From Chrysomallon squamiferum (taxonomy: Eukaryota > Animalia > Mollusca): 64,000 bases of DNA. Shown piece after piece: positions 28,601 through 43,800 of the stretch (its first letter is position 1; each line of letters begins with the position of its first letter). The notes under the pieces are model-generated. The model was not told where the DNA came from. It did not search any database and worked only from the letters and a program-made list of their open reading frames with translations. The stretch lies in assembly GCA_012295275.1 (NCBI GenBank), contig CM022665.1, forward strand, positions 9,424,001-9,488,000. Direction: 5' to 3'. The position numbers and the translations under genes are program-made.

Positions 28601-29155
28601 ATAAATCGATCGGTAATAATAAATAGTCTTTCTATAAATCATCACCATCTTTGAATCCGCGTGTTATACAATCTTTGACATCTGTTTTTTTTTTTTAAAT
28701 TAAAAGTTTAAATGCCGCGTGATAAAAGAACTTCTAAACATAAAATACAGCATCATCTGAGTTAACACTGACATATAAAAGATATACGGCGCTTTAAGAA
28801 ACCAGACGCGAAATTAAGGTAATAAGCAAACCAAATGACTTCATACCTTTTCAGCTTAACCGCCATTACACAATACGTCGTTATTTCTTTCGTAACTTAT
28901 CCTGTAATTACGTCTTACAGATCCATAAAAAAGCAACGGAATGGTAATGCAAACACACAAGATTAGTGCTATCGAAATATATTATTTAGGCTATTCTCAT
29001 AAATAGGGTTATAAAGAAATGAATAGATTCAAAACATTTTGAAATTTCCATTGACAGTTTTCGAATTCTTAAAAGTGTGAAATTTGGAGGAATTTGGGGT
29101 ATTTTGTAATCTTATCTTAGAAATGTTTTGTTTTATTTTGTTTTTGTTTTTCTTA

Positions 29156-29206
<51 letters not shown>

Positions 29207-30253
29207 CAACAACAACAATAACAACAACAACAACTAAAAACTGTTATTTATAACTCTCCACATAAATAATTCTTTCGTATTATTAATGAGTTGCCTCTAC
29301 TTTTATAAAACTTAACTGCTGTAACAAAATACAAACATTAATACACACTCAATATACAGGAGACAACATTTATTTTGAAATAATGGTAATACTGACAATT
29401 CAGCTGCATTTGATTTGTCTGGATAGTATCAGTCTGTCTGTGATTTTGATAAATATAGCCTACCCATCTTTATGTAAGCCCTTAATCTGGAATTCATCGA
29501 ACCGTAATTTGTTTCAAATAACAAATAATTATTTTTATTTACTACAAATTAAATATTAACTAGATTTTTAATTTTATTCACAATAACTATGGAAATGGTG
29601 ATACAATGAAAATGTGAATTATTCCATATTTCTGAAAAACATTTATGAATAAATAAATAAAGAACGAAAGAAAGAACGAAAGAAAGAAAGAAAGGAATGA
29701 AAGAAAGGAAGGAAGGAAGGAAGAAATAGTCGTCCGTTGTGGAAAAATATTGAATAAAAAATTTCATGGAATTGTTGCAGCTAATAATAGGTAATTTTCT
29801 TTCACTAATAATCTAATGAAATCACTGATGAAAAACATTGTTGCTGGCCTGAACTATCACCAGATACGGAAGAAGAAAAAAAAATACATATCTCATTTAG
29901 TTAAAAGCCCTGGAGAACCCTTTGCAGATAGAATGTTTTTGGTAGAAAATATTTTTCAGAATTTCTAAAAGAAACGTTTGCGATCTGGTGTATAGCAACG
30001 ATTCTTTTTGGTTTACATTTCTTTTTTTTATCTAGTATATCTTCTAAAATTTGTAAAGGTAAAAAGGTCACTGTTGAATAAAACATTCTTTCTTCCTTTC
30101 TGAATTAACATTATTTTTATTGACTTCGATTCCCTAAAATCAGTGATGTCCTTTCTACCTAAATTTATGCATTAATCATGACTTCAGTAACATGCAAATA
30201 GTTTTACTGTCAGGAGGGAATGAAATTAAGAAAATGTCGAGAAAGTCAGACAA

Positions 30254-30286
<33 letters not shown>

Positions 30287-30289
30287 TAA

Positions 30290-30347
<58 letters not shown>

Positions 30348-30584
30348 ATATTTGCTATAATAGAAAACAAACAACTAAACGAACGTATGACAGCGAGATG
30401 TGAATTTATATTTGCGCATTAATCAGTAACGCAAACATTTTAATGTCAAGACCAAACGTTTCAAAGAAAAGATCTTTGAAAACGCCAAACAGAAAGACCA
30501 GAGAAAGACAGGTGAGATGAAAAAGCAAGACGATATTCGATCTTCATAAAACAGACACAAACGTTTATCGTGTTTTGTACTCAC

Positions 30585-30844
30585 TTCATGAACATAATTA
30601 CTCCAACTTTGCTAATTTCTGCTGATACTGTCTTCCAAGAATCCAGCATTAGCTGCTTTTGGTCTTCTGATACGCCAGGTGTTTCCACAGGCAAATCCTT
30701 GTTTTTGTGTGCTTCGTGGCTAATCTGTGGGGCAGAGTCGACTTGTGATAACTGGTGTTCGTAAATTTCGGTGATCGGGTGATCAATCTTTTCGTTTGAT
30801 CGCTTTACTTTAAACCCGCTGATATTTGAATGGCATAAACCCAT
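30585..30844 (-). CDS. GbX: Globin X-like gene, alternative first coding exon 1b
   Basis: MGLCHSN...VSEDQKQLMLDSWKTVSAEISKVGVIMFM(K). The exon ends AA|GTGAGT (GT at 30584-30583), phase 2. In frame with exon 2, giving 205 aa. Confidence 0.88.
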
Positions 30845-30903
30845 TTTAGTTTTCTGCGTTAAAGTTAAGAACTAACACATTTCAATATATTTTAAATTTT
30901 AAA

Positions 30904-30945
<42 letters not shown>

Positions 30946-32722
30946 GCAATAAAATTAAAAGTTATAAGTAAAAAAAATATAATTGTTATTTATATATATA
31001 TTTTTATATATCGGTGAATGATCACTTGTTTTCTAAAATGATCTTTTACCTGAAGAAGAAGAAGGAAAAAAATAAAAAATAAAAAAAGATTTAGTTGCAC
31101 TTGACAAATAAAAGTGTCAGGCTTCTCAAAAGCCAGAAATGTAAATGACTTTTCACAAGAATGTAAAAAGCAGTGATTCACATAAAGGTACACATGATCG
31201 AAGTCTCTTAATCTTAAAAATTAAGAAAAAAAAAATAAAAATAATAATAAAAAGTCTTTAGTAAATCCGGAGACTGTCTAAGTTTAAAAAAAAAGAAACT
31301 AAAACCGTGCTGTGTACCATTGTTTGATGACAATGACTGATCTCTAAAAGAAAATTAAAAGTACTTCTGATTTGTTTTGTTACAAAAGAAAATAAAAATC
31401 CCAAAATTACTAGAATATCACTTGTCTTCTGAAGATTATGCGAAGATTTAACTCTTGTCGCTAGCACAGTCCCGAATTTATGCTTTGCTTCCCACGAAAA
31501 TTTGAAATGTAAGGACATGTGTCGTCTGCTAGTCTGCTCACATACAGGTAAGAACAACTGGGTACATCTGGTGAATGCTGATAATTCACAATCCATTCGT
31601 GTAACGTCATAATAATTTTCATTGATCTGTCCACTCTGCACGAATGGTTGCGCTTCTTTATTACTTAGTCTCTCAAGCGCGTTTATGTTCTCGGCTTTAC
31701 AAACAAGCAATTACACCTATTAACATCGATGACACTGTTACGTTTCAAAATGTTAAGTGAACGAAACCGTAAACACGGGCGAACGAGTTCTGAGCGATAA
31801 GGCAGAATAAGGAAATGGAATCAAGACGTATGATAAAAAAAAACCTATTTTGCCTTTATAGTAAGGACGTATGGCCATTCCTTGTTGAACGACGATTTAT
31901 AGTCAGTTCTTTACAATGCTGCTGGCGAAACGAGTAGCTTTTCATTCTGTGTACGATAAGAGTTTCTTTATTGATCGAACCACACTGGTTATGAAACACT
32001 TGTGTACATTTTTTTTTCTTCTTCTTCTTCTTCTTCTTACAGTTATTGTAATTGTAATTTTTTATTTTCTTGTTGCTTCTGTTTTAGTTAATCGTATGCA
32101 TGTTGAAGAAAAAAATCTCAGAATAATCATTAACGTTCGTTATGAAAGTAGCAAGGTTCACCAGTCTCATCCAGGCTTCTCTCGCTGGGCAGGTCTGTTG
32201 TAAATACGACAATTAGTGTGACATATGACAATTAGTAATACAAAGTTAAATGTTAGAATGAGCATTAAATGTAATTTCTTCCTCTAATGCAGGAAAAGAA
32301 GTGCATGTAAAATATTTTTGTATTATTATTTCTTCTCTCTTTGTCAATGTAGCTACCTCTCGTTGTCGGTCCGTTTCTCTCTTTCTCCACATTCTCCAAT
32401 CATTCAAACCCAAATTCTTCAACTAATTCAAAAAAAAAAAAAAAAAAATAATAAAAAAAAAAAAAATATGAACTTTTCTGTCTCCGACATTCAAACTAAC
32501 TCTTGATAATAATCAATAAATCTAGCCCAGGGATTTGCAGTAGCCAATTTAGTATCTTAAATTATCGTTATACAAAATCAGATTGTTACCCCTTCAACCC
32601 CTCTCTGTCTCGGGGCCGTCTTAGCAGTGTTATAGGCCCTAAAGCAGAGCAGTGTAATGCAGCCCCCTATATACACGACCATTTATTGACAGCAACCCAC
32701 AACTTACTTGGATTGCATTGTT

Positions 32723-32844
<122 letters not shown>

Positions 32845-33122
32845 TTATTCTCGCATCTGCTCCCAGCCTAATAGTAAGTCATGCTAATATCGAATTATCC
32901 TTTGTGAAATATCTGCTCAGTAATGAACATCATAAATAATCATGCGTCTGTTTATTTACCCGTTTGTGTGTGTTCAGTGACTGTGAGTCTTTCGACAGTC
33001 AGAAAGTGAAACACATTTTTTTTGTTTATACAAGCAATGATGCAGATAAATACGATAAATAATCACGTATCGATTGATTAGTACAGACCTTTTATACTCT
33101 TAGATGAAGGGGGAAATAATCA

Positions 33123-33175
<53 letters not shown>

Positions 33176-33489
33176 GGATGATGATGATAATAATACGATA
33201 AGAGAAGCATTGAGAAAACAAAATATCATAATCATCACCATTTTATTTTTAATCATCTGACCAGAAAGATGGAAAACATGAAATACATCTTCCTACACAA
33301 TACATGGATGAATCATCTATCTGGAAATTTTCACGAGATTTTCTCTTTTGTGTCGCTTAATCTAGAGAACTATCACTAAACCTTGACTCACTGCTGCTTG
33401 ATTACCTCGAGAAAACTTTGTCTACACATCACTGAAAATCATAATGGTAAATGATGCTTCCTTCAGTAAGATAACCCAACAACAACAGA

Positions 33490-33545
<56 letters not shown>

Positions 33546-33547
33546 AG

Positions 33548-33584
<37 letters not shown>

Positions 33585-34753
33585 TAGGTAGGTATGTATG
33601 CCTAAAGTTTATTCTACGTCATGTCTGTACCGTAATATCTTGTGTTGTACTAGAATCTTACAAGTTATCCTCACTTTTAACATAGTTTTGTTCCAGACGG
33701 ACGCCTATTTACCAATTACAAACACTGCTTTCAGGCCTAATAAATATGTCATCTCAGTAATCAAATAGAAGAGCAAGGAAAAGTTAGAGCAAAATAACCA
33801 CATTATCGCCTTCACATAAAAAAAAAAAAGAAAAAAAGAACTAACTGTTTAATCTGGTATTGTTTACCAGTAATAACGTGCTTGAATGGGACAAAATGAG
33901 TTTTTTCGCTGATGCAAAAATCCTAAAAAAAACACCCCAAAACTCACAAGTATCGCAAATAATAATTTCCATGCATGTTCCAATCCATGGACGTTTGATG
34001 CACTCGACTAGCAGTCCCTATAATGTTCTGTATAATTAAAGACAAGGACGACAATGATTTTTCTGAAGTCCTAGATCCAACCCAAAATATAATTTAGTTT
34101 GAAATTGTTGTAACAGAAAATAAATGTTTCATGCCTGTACCTATTCCATTTGTGAAGATTATTAAGTATACTTAACGCTTCCTGCTAACCTGCTAATTTA
34201 AATCTCAGAAATGGAGGCAGAAAAACGACTTCGACCTTAGCTTGATGAAACAGCTGGAAAGAAATACGTGATAATGAAGCTATTAAGATCGATGTTTTCT
34301 TCACTGTCAGTGATAATTTGTTAATCTTTTGCAACCCTGATGTGATGAATTATCTGTGTGTAGTTAGAGTAATGCTGAACATTTCCTAGGCCGTTACAGA
34401 TAAAACACCTTTTGTCTGAGGAGACAATATGCATTGTGTTTTGTTGAGGTAGGCAAAATGAAAATAACAACTTTCATTTCGAAAGTGAAATAAAAACAGT
34501 AGCTTGATTTATTACTTTCAACATCATCATCATTGTCATGCTGCTTATCAACGCCATCTTCGCCAAATGACTTTAAATAAGAGTGTTTAGATAATGACTA
34601 TCGTCGTCTACGGTGAGGTCATCATCATTGTCATTATACTCATGTTTATCAATAGCTGGGATAAATACTGTAGCTTCCTTATTGGCTGCAGCTAAATCTA
34701 TCCTATCAAAAAATAAATAAACCAACAACAACAACAGTAACAGCAACAGTAAT

Positions 34754-34817
<64 letters not shown>

Positions 34818-35003
34818 TATATTCCAAAAGCACAACACATAGTTTCTTCATATTTCCATAATGATGAGAGCCTTCTCTTCTGTAGTCACAGATCCGCGCC
34901 TGTGAAACTACAGCCTATGTATAATAAATATTTTCAATACGTATTAATTTCTTCAAATAATCAGTTATTATGTAATGCCTAATATTTTATCTATATTACT
35001 TAC

Positions 35004-35248
35004 TTCATGAACATGACGACCCCAACTTTGTTCATATCCGCCTCTATGTAGCTCCAAGATTCTGCAACCAACTTTTTCTGCTCCTCTGTGAAACTTGGTG
35101 CCGTTTGCAACGAATCTTTTTGAAACACAGGTGAATCACCTGAATTCATCGTACCATTTGTCGTAAGGTATTTTTTGGCACCTGCACTGGTGTTACAGTC
35201 CACCTTTCTGCCAGCCAATTTAGATTTCTTAGAATGATGTCCACCCAT
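35004..35248 (-). CDS. GbX: Globin X-like gene, alternative first coding exon 1a (N-terminal extension + helices A-B)
   Basis: ATG at 35248-35246 gives MGGHHSKKSKLAGRK...FTEEQKKLVAESWSYIEADMNKVGVVMFM(K). The exon ends AA|GTAAGT (GT at 35003-35002), phase 2, i.e. the globin B12.2 intron. It joins exon 2 in frame (AA+A = Lys) to give a 200-aa protein. Confidence 0.88.
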
Positions 35249-37181
35249 GATCAGCAAATTTTGAAAATGTTATTGTTTTAAAGATTTTTGTTTTTTTATC
35301 TTTAGACAACAGTTTTTAAACCCAGCATGAAGATCATAGCATTTTGTTGCAGTGTAAATATAATGAGTTCCAGAGACTTTTTTTCCGAAGAGGAATCGAT
35401 GACCTTCCAATATATATCTATCTATATATATATACCTTTTCTTTTTTCGCTCTTTGTAGTGATCTTTAAGCTTTAAACATACCACCTTCTATCAGTTATC
35501 ACTCCTCTCTAGTTCTCGCGGAATGAAGATTGGAGCGTCGATCTAAATCCGTAAATCGTGCAAGTCGATGGTCCCCATTGGACGTACCAGCCTGGGATGA
35601 CAATGAATCAACTTGCCACTAATATCGAGTATCGAAAGAAAATTCCGAATCCCTATAAGTTCTGTATAAAGCTTATGGCATTATTTTGTCAAGAGGTTTA
35701 TGAATCATTAAACAGGCAAACATTACTCTTTTTTTTTCTTCTGCATATCTCGTTTTACAAAACACGTAGACAAGATAGATTTACATACGAAAGACTGAGA
35801 GAGGCGATTGTTCAAAACTACACTGAAAATAACGATTTTTTTAAACACTAATTTCGACTCGTTGACGAAGGTATGAAAATGATGGAGTGGATGCTTTGCA
35901 AAGACGAACACAAAAAAACGACTTGCTGGCCACAGACAACTAAACTCATGTACAAAGAAAAGAGGAAATCCAAGAAAACTGAAAGAAAAGGGTTATTAAA
36001 AGACACACTTTGGTAGACAGCAATAAGCTAATAATAGAACATTAAGGAAAGGGTTATTGAAAGAAAGCACACTGTTTAATATATTTCAAGATCACACCTA
36101 TTATAGAAGAATATCTGATGTAATAAATAATTTACGCAATACTCTTTTAGTTTAGCAGAAAGGGATAACAAACCATTTTAAAAAATACAACGAACGCCGT
36201 CTGTAATGCAAGTATTATTACTACAAACACCACCAACAACCACAACAACAACAATAACAATAATAATAATCAAAACAACAACAACAATAATATAACAATA
36301 ATCAAAACAACAACAACAATAATAATAATAATAATCAAAACAACAGCAACAACAACAATAATAATTTAATACATTTAGGTTACATTCAGATTATCCATTT
36401 ATTATCGTGCTGTATTATTTAACAAATTAATTTCTAGATTGTTTTGCTTTTAAAAAAATAATAGTACTCCATTACATATAAATTTTTTAGTTTTCCGTGA
36501 CATTTCTTTGAGACTAAATAAAACTGAATACAGTGATAAAAAGATATATTTGAAACCTAATATAAACATTTAAAAGAATGTTATTAAGTAAAGAAACATA
36601 GGTATTAATGGTAAGTGGTTAACCTTATAAGATGTATACCTACACTCTGATGGTATTTTTAAATAATGCTTAATTACTTAATGTACAACATAGGAGACTT
36701 CGATAAAAATGTGATAATGTTTCTATTCCAAGAAGAGAATATAATGTTAGGAAGAATTTGCTAAATAATTCTAGATTATTGATTTTAATTTATAGTAAAT
36801 GCTCGAAATCACACACACTCACACACACACACAGATACACATACACACACACAGATACACACACACACACAGATACATACACACACAGAGACATATACAC
36901 ACACGCGCGCACACACAGATACATAAACATAAACGCGTGCACGAACATACATATACACATAAAAAAAAATACGAATAGATTTCTAAACAAAAATTTAAAA
37001 AACGAAATATATAGGTTATACATTTACTTTTCTTCCCTAGAAATGTATTCTCGAGATTTAGTTTTTATGTGAAAACTGCATACAAAACTTTGTGCGGCTT
37101 AGAATAAAAAAAAACCTAAACATTAGATGCAATCGTTACAGATTATTTTCTTTAATCTTTCCGTTTTTTAACCTCTTTTCA

Positions 37182-37212
<31 letters not shown>

Positions 37213-37406
37213 GAAATGTGTCATATTATTGATGCATATTTTAAGCCGGAACATAGTGTTTCATGTTGTACACAAGATATTTAATATTTAAAAGCTGTAT
37301 CAATAATATCGTCTTTAACAGATACGACACTGTCACTGAAAGAGAGATCAGTCTGAAAGCAGGAAACGAATTAATTTCTTCTACTTCTTTTTCTTTTTTA
37401 TGTCAT

Positions 37407-37443
<37 letters not shown>

Positions 37444-40384
37444 TCTTTCATTTTTTTTCTTCTAAAAAATCCCTTCTGATGCAAGGATCATTAAATTACA
37501 TATTTACGATGCTGAGTGGTGGCTCGTTAACCAAACGTTAATTCACAGGTATTAAGACACTGTAATGACTTTAATTTAACGATTTCAAACCATCCCTGTT
37601 TTAGGAATAACGGCTTTTTAAGATCCAGCCCTTGAGTAGACGTACCAGTCTAGACGTCAAATACCTGTAATCTCACTGATATAGACTCGTTAGCTTCAGA
37701 CAGTAAAATGGTTACGTGCATGTACAGTTCTCATGATAATAAACTACTGCGCAGTTAAGAATGTATTAGGATATGAGATTATGTCTACACTTAGCTGGGA
37801 AGTCAAAAGACTCCCCTAACAGATTCTATAACTGTCATGTTTTATAATTTTCTCTATACATGAATGTTTGCTTCTCTTTAATATAGCACTGAGAATGTTA
37901 ATCTATGTACTTAAAGTGTACCTTTGGTGATACAAAGAAATAGTCAAAATATATTTTGGTTACTACATATTAGGTTGCTGTTGTTTGTTTATTTGTTTTT
38001 TTATTGTTGTGTTGTTGTTCTGTTCGTGTTTTGTTGTTGTTATTGTTGTTTTATTCTTGTTGTTGTATGGGGTTTTTTTTAAATCTTTTTTTAATTAATA
38101 ATGAAATATAACAACAACGGAATATATTTAAAATATTCAGGCGTCGACAGTTTTTCTGTAGGCGTTACATCGTTACGTAAAATGGCGGCTTTCAGATCTT
38201 TTATCAGAGAACATTTTTATTTTCATTCTTTCTTAAAGCTGATGATAACAGTAAGAATTTCATTCACATATTCATAGCGCCACTGATACGTTTTACTGAC
38301 TCTATAGATCTGTTATATGAATTAAACATAAAATAGTTGTTACTTTATTCTTCACGTTATCAGAACTAATTTCCAGTTCGGTTATTTGTCTGGAATACAA
38401 ATTGACAGAAATAACCTTATTATGTTTCTGTGATTCGCAATAACATAAATGTTTAAAAAAATAGCATTGTTCATTGTATCATAGCTTATTTTGAAAGAGG
38501 TATTAAAGATTACTGATATAAACAAAACGTTGTTTGACTCTATCCCTTGTTGCAGGTTAGGCGAAATAAAATTCAGATTTAATAATACCTTGTTGTCATT
38601 GCAAGATTTTGAGACTACAAAATAACGAACGAAAAACTGGACACCTCGACTTGTTATTAGCTTCGTAATAAACATTTCCTCAGGCAATTTTGTATATGTA
38701 ACAACAGTCTCATAAACAAGCAAAAATATGAGACACCATTTGACCAAATTACTCTGAAGAAAAAGTAAGGTGGAAATATAATCCATAACTCTACCGTCAT
38801 CTGCATAATTCAGTTACTGTATGCAAACGTGTTGTTATTTCGATATCGCTGTTTAAATGAAACCGTAAATACAATTATTTTTAATAATATTGATCAGAGA
38901 GGTCACAGAATGACTTGGGAAAAGGAAGCCGCAAGCTTTGCTACAAGAATAATTTGAATGTAATGAAGCTTGATTGGTCGGGGGATAATCGTGTTTCTTC
39001 GTGGTTGCTTTTCGCAGATCCTGATTTTGGGTCACGGTTCAAAGTGTCTTGGCAGATTCAATATGAAATTGTGAATTAGTAGTCAAATATGCCAGTGCTT
39101 AATTATATATATCTTTATAATTTTCTTTATTGGGTTGGTAAAAAGTAGTGTTAAAATATATATATATATATATATATATATAATAATAAAAATGAAATAA
39201 AAAAAAAACGTTAGGTAAAATTCAGTTGAAAGTAGTTTTAAAAATATCTACGAATTCCATTCGTCAGCCTTTGCCAACAAACAACAAAAAAATAAATAAA
39301 TAAATAAAATAAATAAAAAAGCTAAGTGAAAGTCCTTGCTGATTCTCCACTTACTATTTGCTTTGTTTCACGAAATCACATGAATATTTTTTTCTGATTT
39401 ACTAAAATTGTAGTAAATTAATAAAAAAACAAAAACAAAAACAACCTATTTTGGACTGATTTAGCTAATCATGACAAAGGTACACAAGCAAAAATTAATA
39501 AGATATTGCTAAGTTTTTTGCATTTGTCATTCTTTAGGTGTTTTTTTTCTGTGTTTTTTTCTACATTTCCATTAACTCCTGGTGTCAGAAGTGTAAAGGA
39601 GAAAAAACAAAATGGAAGCTTCCATGAATTTGCATGACTTTTACACAAAACTAAGCACGTTAGATCTCCGCTCTGAACATTCAGGTTTCTTAAATCTATT
39701 TATCTGTGTCTGTTCAGTTTCCTCTCGTTATTTTTCTTGAAAACTTTTAATGGATAGTTTGGTTGGCTACGTGAATGTCCACACGCCAAATAACATTCGA
39801 GTGTGTAATGAGTACAGTGTTGGTTACACACACACTTATATATATAGGCACACACTCCTATACATGCATAAACAAACACTTAAATGTTATTCTATAGCAG
39901 ATAGATAAAATATATTAAAATATATTTATTGTATTAGATCTACTGTTTCCAGACTGGGGGCCGGGCAGAACAAAATAATTTGGCGTAGTTGTTAATAAAT
40001 AAATCTTCTGTAATAATTTTTAAAACTAATAATCTAGTACTATTAACTAACTGGGAATGTTTTCTTTGTTCTTGGTCGTTTGAGAAATTAGACAACATAA
40101 ATCTTGATAATGAAGCTATCGCGTTCTTGAAAAGAAATCATTTGTTTTATTTCTTTTTCCCACTGTTCATTATTCATGCGGCCAAATACTGCTGTACAGC
40201 GCTATCCTGAAGCAATTTGTTGTTACAAATGTACATACTGGGCTAATTACGTTTTGGCTGCTATTGCATAAAGAGAAAAAACAATGCAACCAGAAATACA
40301 CGTTCATTTATAAACAAATACATACCCACATAGTGAAGACAGACATAGATAGATAGCTAGATAGACAGACAGACAGACAGTCAC

Positions 40385-40502
<118 letters not shown>

Positions 40503-41210
40503 CAATAGGCCGCTCGAGATAGATAAAATGAGAAAGAGAGAGGGATAGAAACACGCAGAGTATGTTAACAAAGACAGACAGACAGATACATAGAGATATA
40601 GACAGATGGACAGATGGATAGAAAGCAATAGAGATAGAATGAAAGTAACACACATATACACAAATACACGCATGTATGTACAGCGAAAGTGATAGAGACA
40701 CACACAGAAAGAGAGAGAGATCATTAGTTTTTTTTCTTCTGAAAACTAGCCTCCATTCTAAGTACATGAAAGTTAATTCATCAACGACGATTTAGTTATT
40801 CATTTTGTAGATACATTTTGTCATGCTGATTTGCATACACAGAGTTACTATTGTATTAATTATCGTTATTATTATTATTATTATTATGATAATGATAATG
40901 TGGATGATGATTATGATGACGATAATAACATTAACAAGAGCAAGTTCAGCAAGAAGGATATCTGGATTTTTTGCATGTATATTTTCAAGCAGTATTCTTT
41001 TCAGAAATAAAGGTGCTCAATAAATAGTTTTTGATTCTGGTTGTTCAAACCGATTGCTTTGATATTTTTAAACATAGTTTAATTATACTGAAAGAATTTT
41101 TTTTTAAAATTCACACAAAGATAGAAAGTGAATGAGAAGGAGAAAGATGGAAAGATAAATGAAGACAGAGAGAGAGAAACAGAGATAGAGAGATCTAGAG
41201 AGAGAGAGAC

Positions 41211-41289
<79 letters not shown>

Positions 41290-41822
41290 GAGTAATCTAA
41301 ATCTGGTTGCAAGATTTCAATATGCTTGTTGCATGACGAATCTCATTAACTTTTCGTTACACGATTACGTTCACGTGTCGAATTACGTTTTCAGTTTCTA
41401 AAAATCACATCGTTTCTGTCTCTTTCTGATTTTATATTTTTTTTTCAAACGTAACAGATATCTTTTTAAAAATCTACTATATTTTTTTTTTCTCTCTTTT
41501 TTTTTTCCTTCATGCACAGAACCTACTTAATGTTGATCCCTCTACAAAATCCATGTGTCTCCACCTCACACTCAAGTAGATGTTGGTTTTACTGCGAAGA
41601 TCTGGTTAACAAACGAACGTATTGATTATAGCTCAGAATGACTGCACGATTTAATTGCTCTATAAAATACGTTGTGGCAATACTCATACAATCCAGTAAC
41701 AGCACTTCCAGTAGTTTTGGCCAAAATATGCAGACTTAAGGCCAGAAATAAAAACAACAACTTAACTGTTCATTTATGAGAAATGCGCTGTCTTTTTTCC
41801 CAGGACTCTCTTTGTATGTATG

Positions 41823-41892
<70 letters not shown>

Positions 41893-43546
41893 GTGTATTT
41901 ATGTATGTATGTATGGATGTGGATGGATATAAGTACCTATGTACATATACACCTGTGCATGTATGTATGGATGGTTTGTAAGTACGTATGTAAATTTGTA
42001 TGTACGTATTTATTTAAGTACATGTGCACCAGTGTATATGTAGGTAGGTAAATGCGTAGGTGTTCATGTTTGTATACGTATATATGTGTATTTGTATATG
42101 AATACAAACAATGAAAGCATCATTGCTGTTTGAGAAAGCCGTAGTTTCATTAATCGCAAACTGACAGAAGTAATAAGTAATAGATGGGATTTGTGTACAA
42201 CGTGATAATAAAGGCAATCTTAATGCTAACTGATAATAATGACTGGAAGTCCGGAAGGTATTAGTAGATGTCACGTCTCTATTTTGTTAATGAGAAGATT
42301 TCTTGTAACATAAATATATATACATATATTAGAATTTAGCATTATAACATTACTATTGATACTAATAAAATTAATACTATCTGTGTGAAGAAATGTGTGA
42401 AGAACATGTACCTCCTGTACCTAATTGTCTCTTTTCATCCATGCGTCAAACAATATAAAGCGAAATAATAAAATTATTACAGAAACACATTGCTTAAAGC
42501 TAATTACGTATAATAATGTTATTCGTTCCTTTCAAAGTGACGAAAATAATATTTATAATCCAGTAATCCTTTTACTTCATCTGATAACATCTGTTCTGAA
42601 ATCATAAAAATTTTTACTTTAAAATAAAAAAGAAATGAAAAATACCCTTTGTTTTTTTTGTTTTTTTTTTTTTGTGGGTTTTTTTGTTGTTGTTTTTTTA
42701 TATATATATATATATATATCTGAAAAATCGCTTCTCGTTTAATACTCTTGTTTCGTGATATCGAAGTCAGTATCATTAATTTTATTGCAAGAAACCTTTT
42801 ATCATAAAAACAAACGAAGCTTTCTAAACACAACGTTGGCAGTTATATGACCAGCGTGTGTAAAATTTGTTGTTGAGAAGTGACAAGATCGAAACTCAGT
42901 CCCTCAAAGACCATCATTGTCCACGTTCGTCTGAATCTTGATCTATGACATGCGCATTTTATACGACTGAACACGAATCTGTGGATCCCCTTCACCAGTG
43001 AAATCCGAGCACATAAAATAATATTTTATGTGAACAGAATGCCAGCTGTGTCGATAAATACAGTAATGAACCATCAACCCGAGGTCAACGACATGTGACT
43101 TTAAATACTGGTCAGCTTAAGCAGAAATGCATTGAATTAATGATAGTGCATGTTAGCAGAAATTTAAAATAAAAAAATAATAAAAAATTAATACGTATTT
43201 TTAAATGAATTTATATTTCTTTTATGATTGAAGCCTTCGTTTAACAGTAGTTTTTGTATAAATTGTAACTACAAGAATAGTAAAAACGATTATCCTAATT
43301 CTAATAATAATAATAATAATAATAATGATAATTTTTCATAACTGATTATTCAGTTCATCAGTTTATTTTAATTTTTCTTCTTCTTTTTTTTTTTTTTTTT
43401 TTTTTTTTTTGTTTTTTTCACATACAATAGCATTCAAATTCACAGAAACGAACTAAAATATTCACGTTATAAAGAATTTCAGTTATTTCTACACTTGGAT
43501 GTAGCTGGATATAAAAATATTTATGGGGATGAAATGTATTTACATA

Positions 43547-43800
43547 CATGGCGGACCTATTAGGAAACTAACGAAGCTTATGCTTCAGGGCCCCTAATCC
43601 CAGAGAGGCCGGACAAGCGACTTTAGTCCACATTTTTTTTTCAAAATTTTAATCAGAATCTGAGACATGTCAAAATTAGTAAAAAATGGAACATTGCCAC
43701 AGAAGAAGATAGGAGTAGTTACCCAGACCTCGCTGATGCTTGTGAAGGGCCCCCATAATTGTTCAAGTTTCAGGGCCCCACAAATGTACGACCGCCACTG
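43547..43800. mobile_element. MITE-like element
   Basis: Inverted termini CATGGCGG...CCGCCACTG with repeated subterminal (TTC)AGGGCCCC motifs; GC-rich relative to flanks. Confidence 0.55.

Noticed and set aside
31258-31710. 150-aa minus-strand ORF between exons 1a and 1b
   Set aside because: Non-ATG start, no recognisable motif, no globin A-B similarity and no supporting splice structure; more likely leader or regulatory sequence.
35249-35257. ORF-track start 'MLI' before exon 1a
   Set aside because: It begins at TTG; the first ATG is at 35248 and yields the MGxxxS motif shared with exons 1b and 1c.
38179-38189. YY1-like AAAATGGCGGC, and ETS-like CACTTCCGG near 293-301
   Set aside because: Isolated short motifs with no supporting exon or promoter context.
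38382-38786. 134-aa minus-strand ORF upstream of exon 1a
   Set aside because: Composition typical of AT-rich random sequence, with no motif or exon partners.
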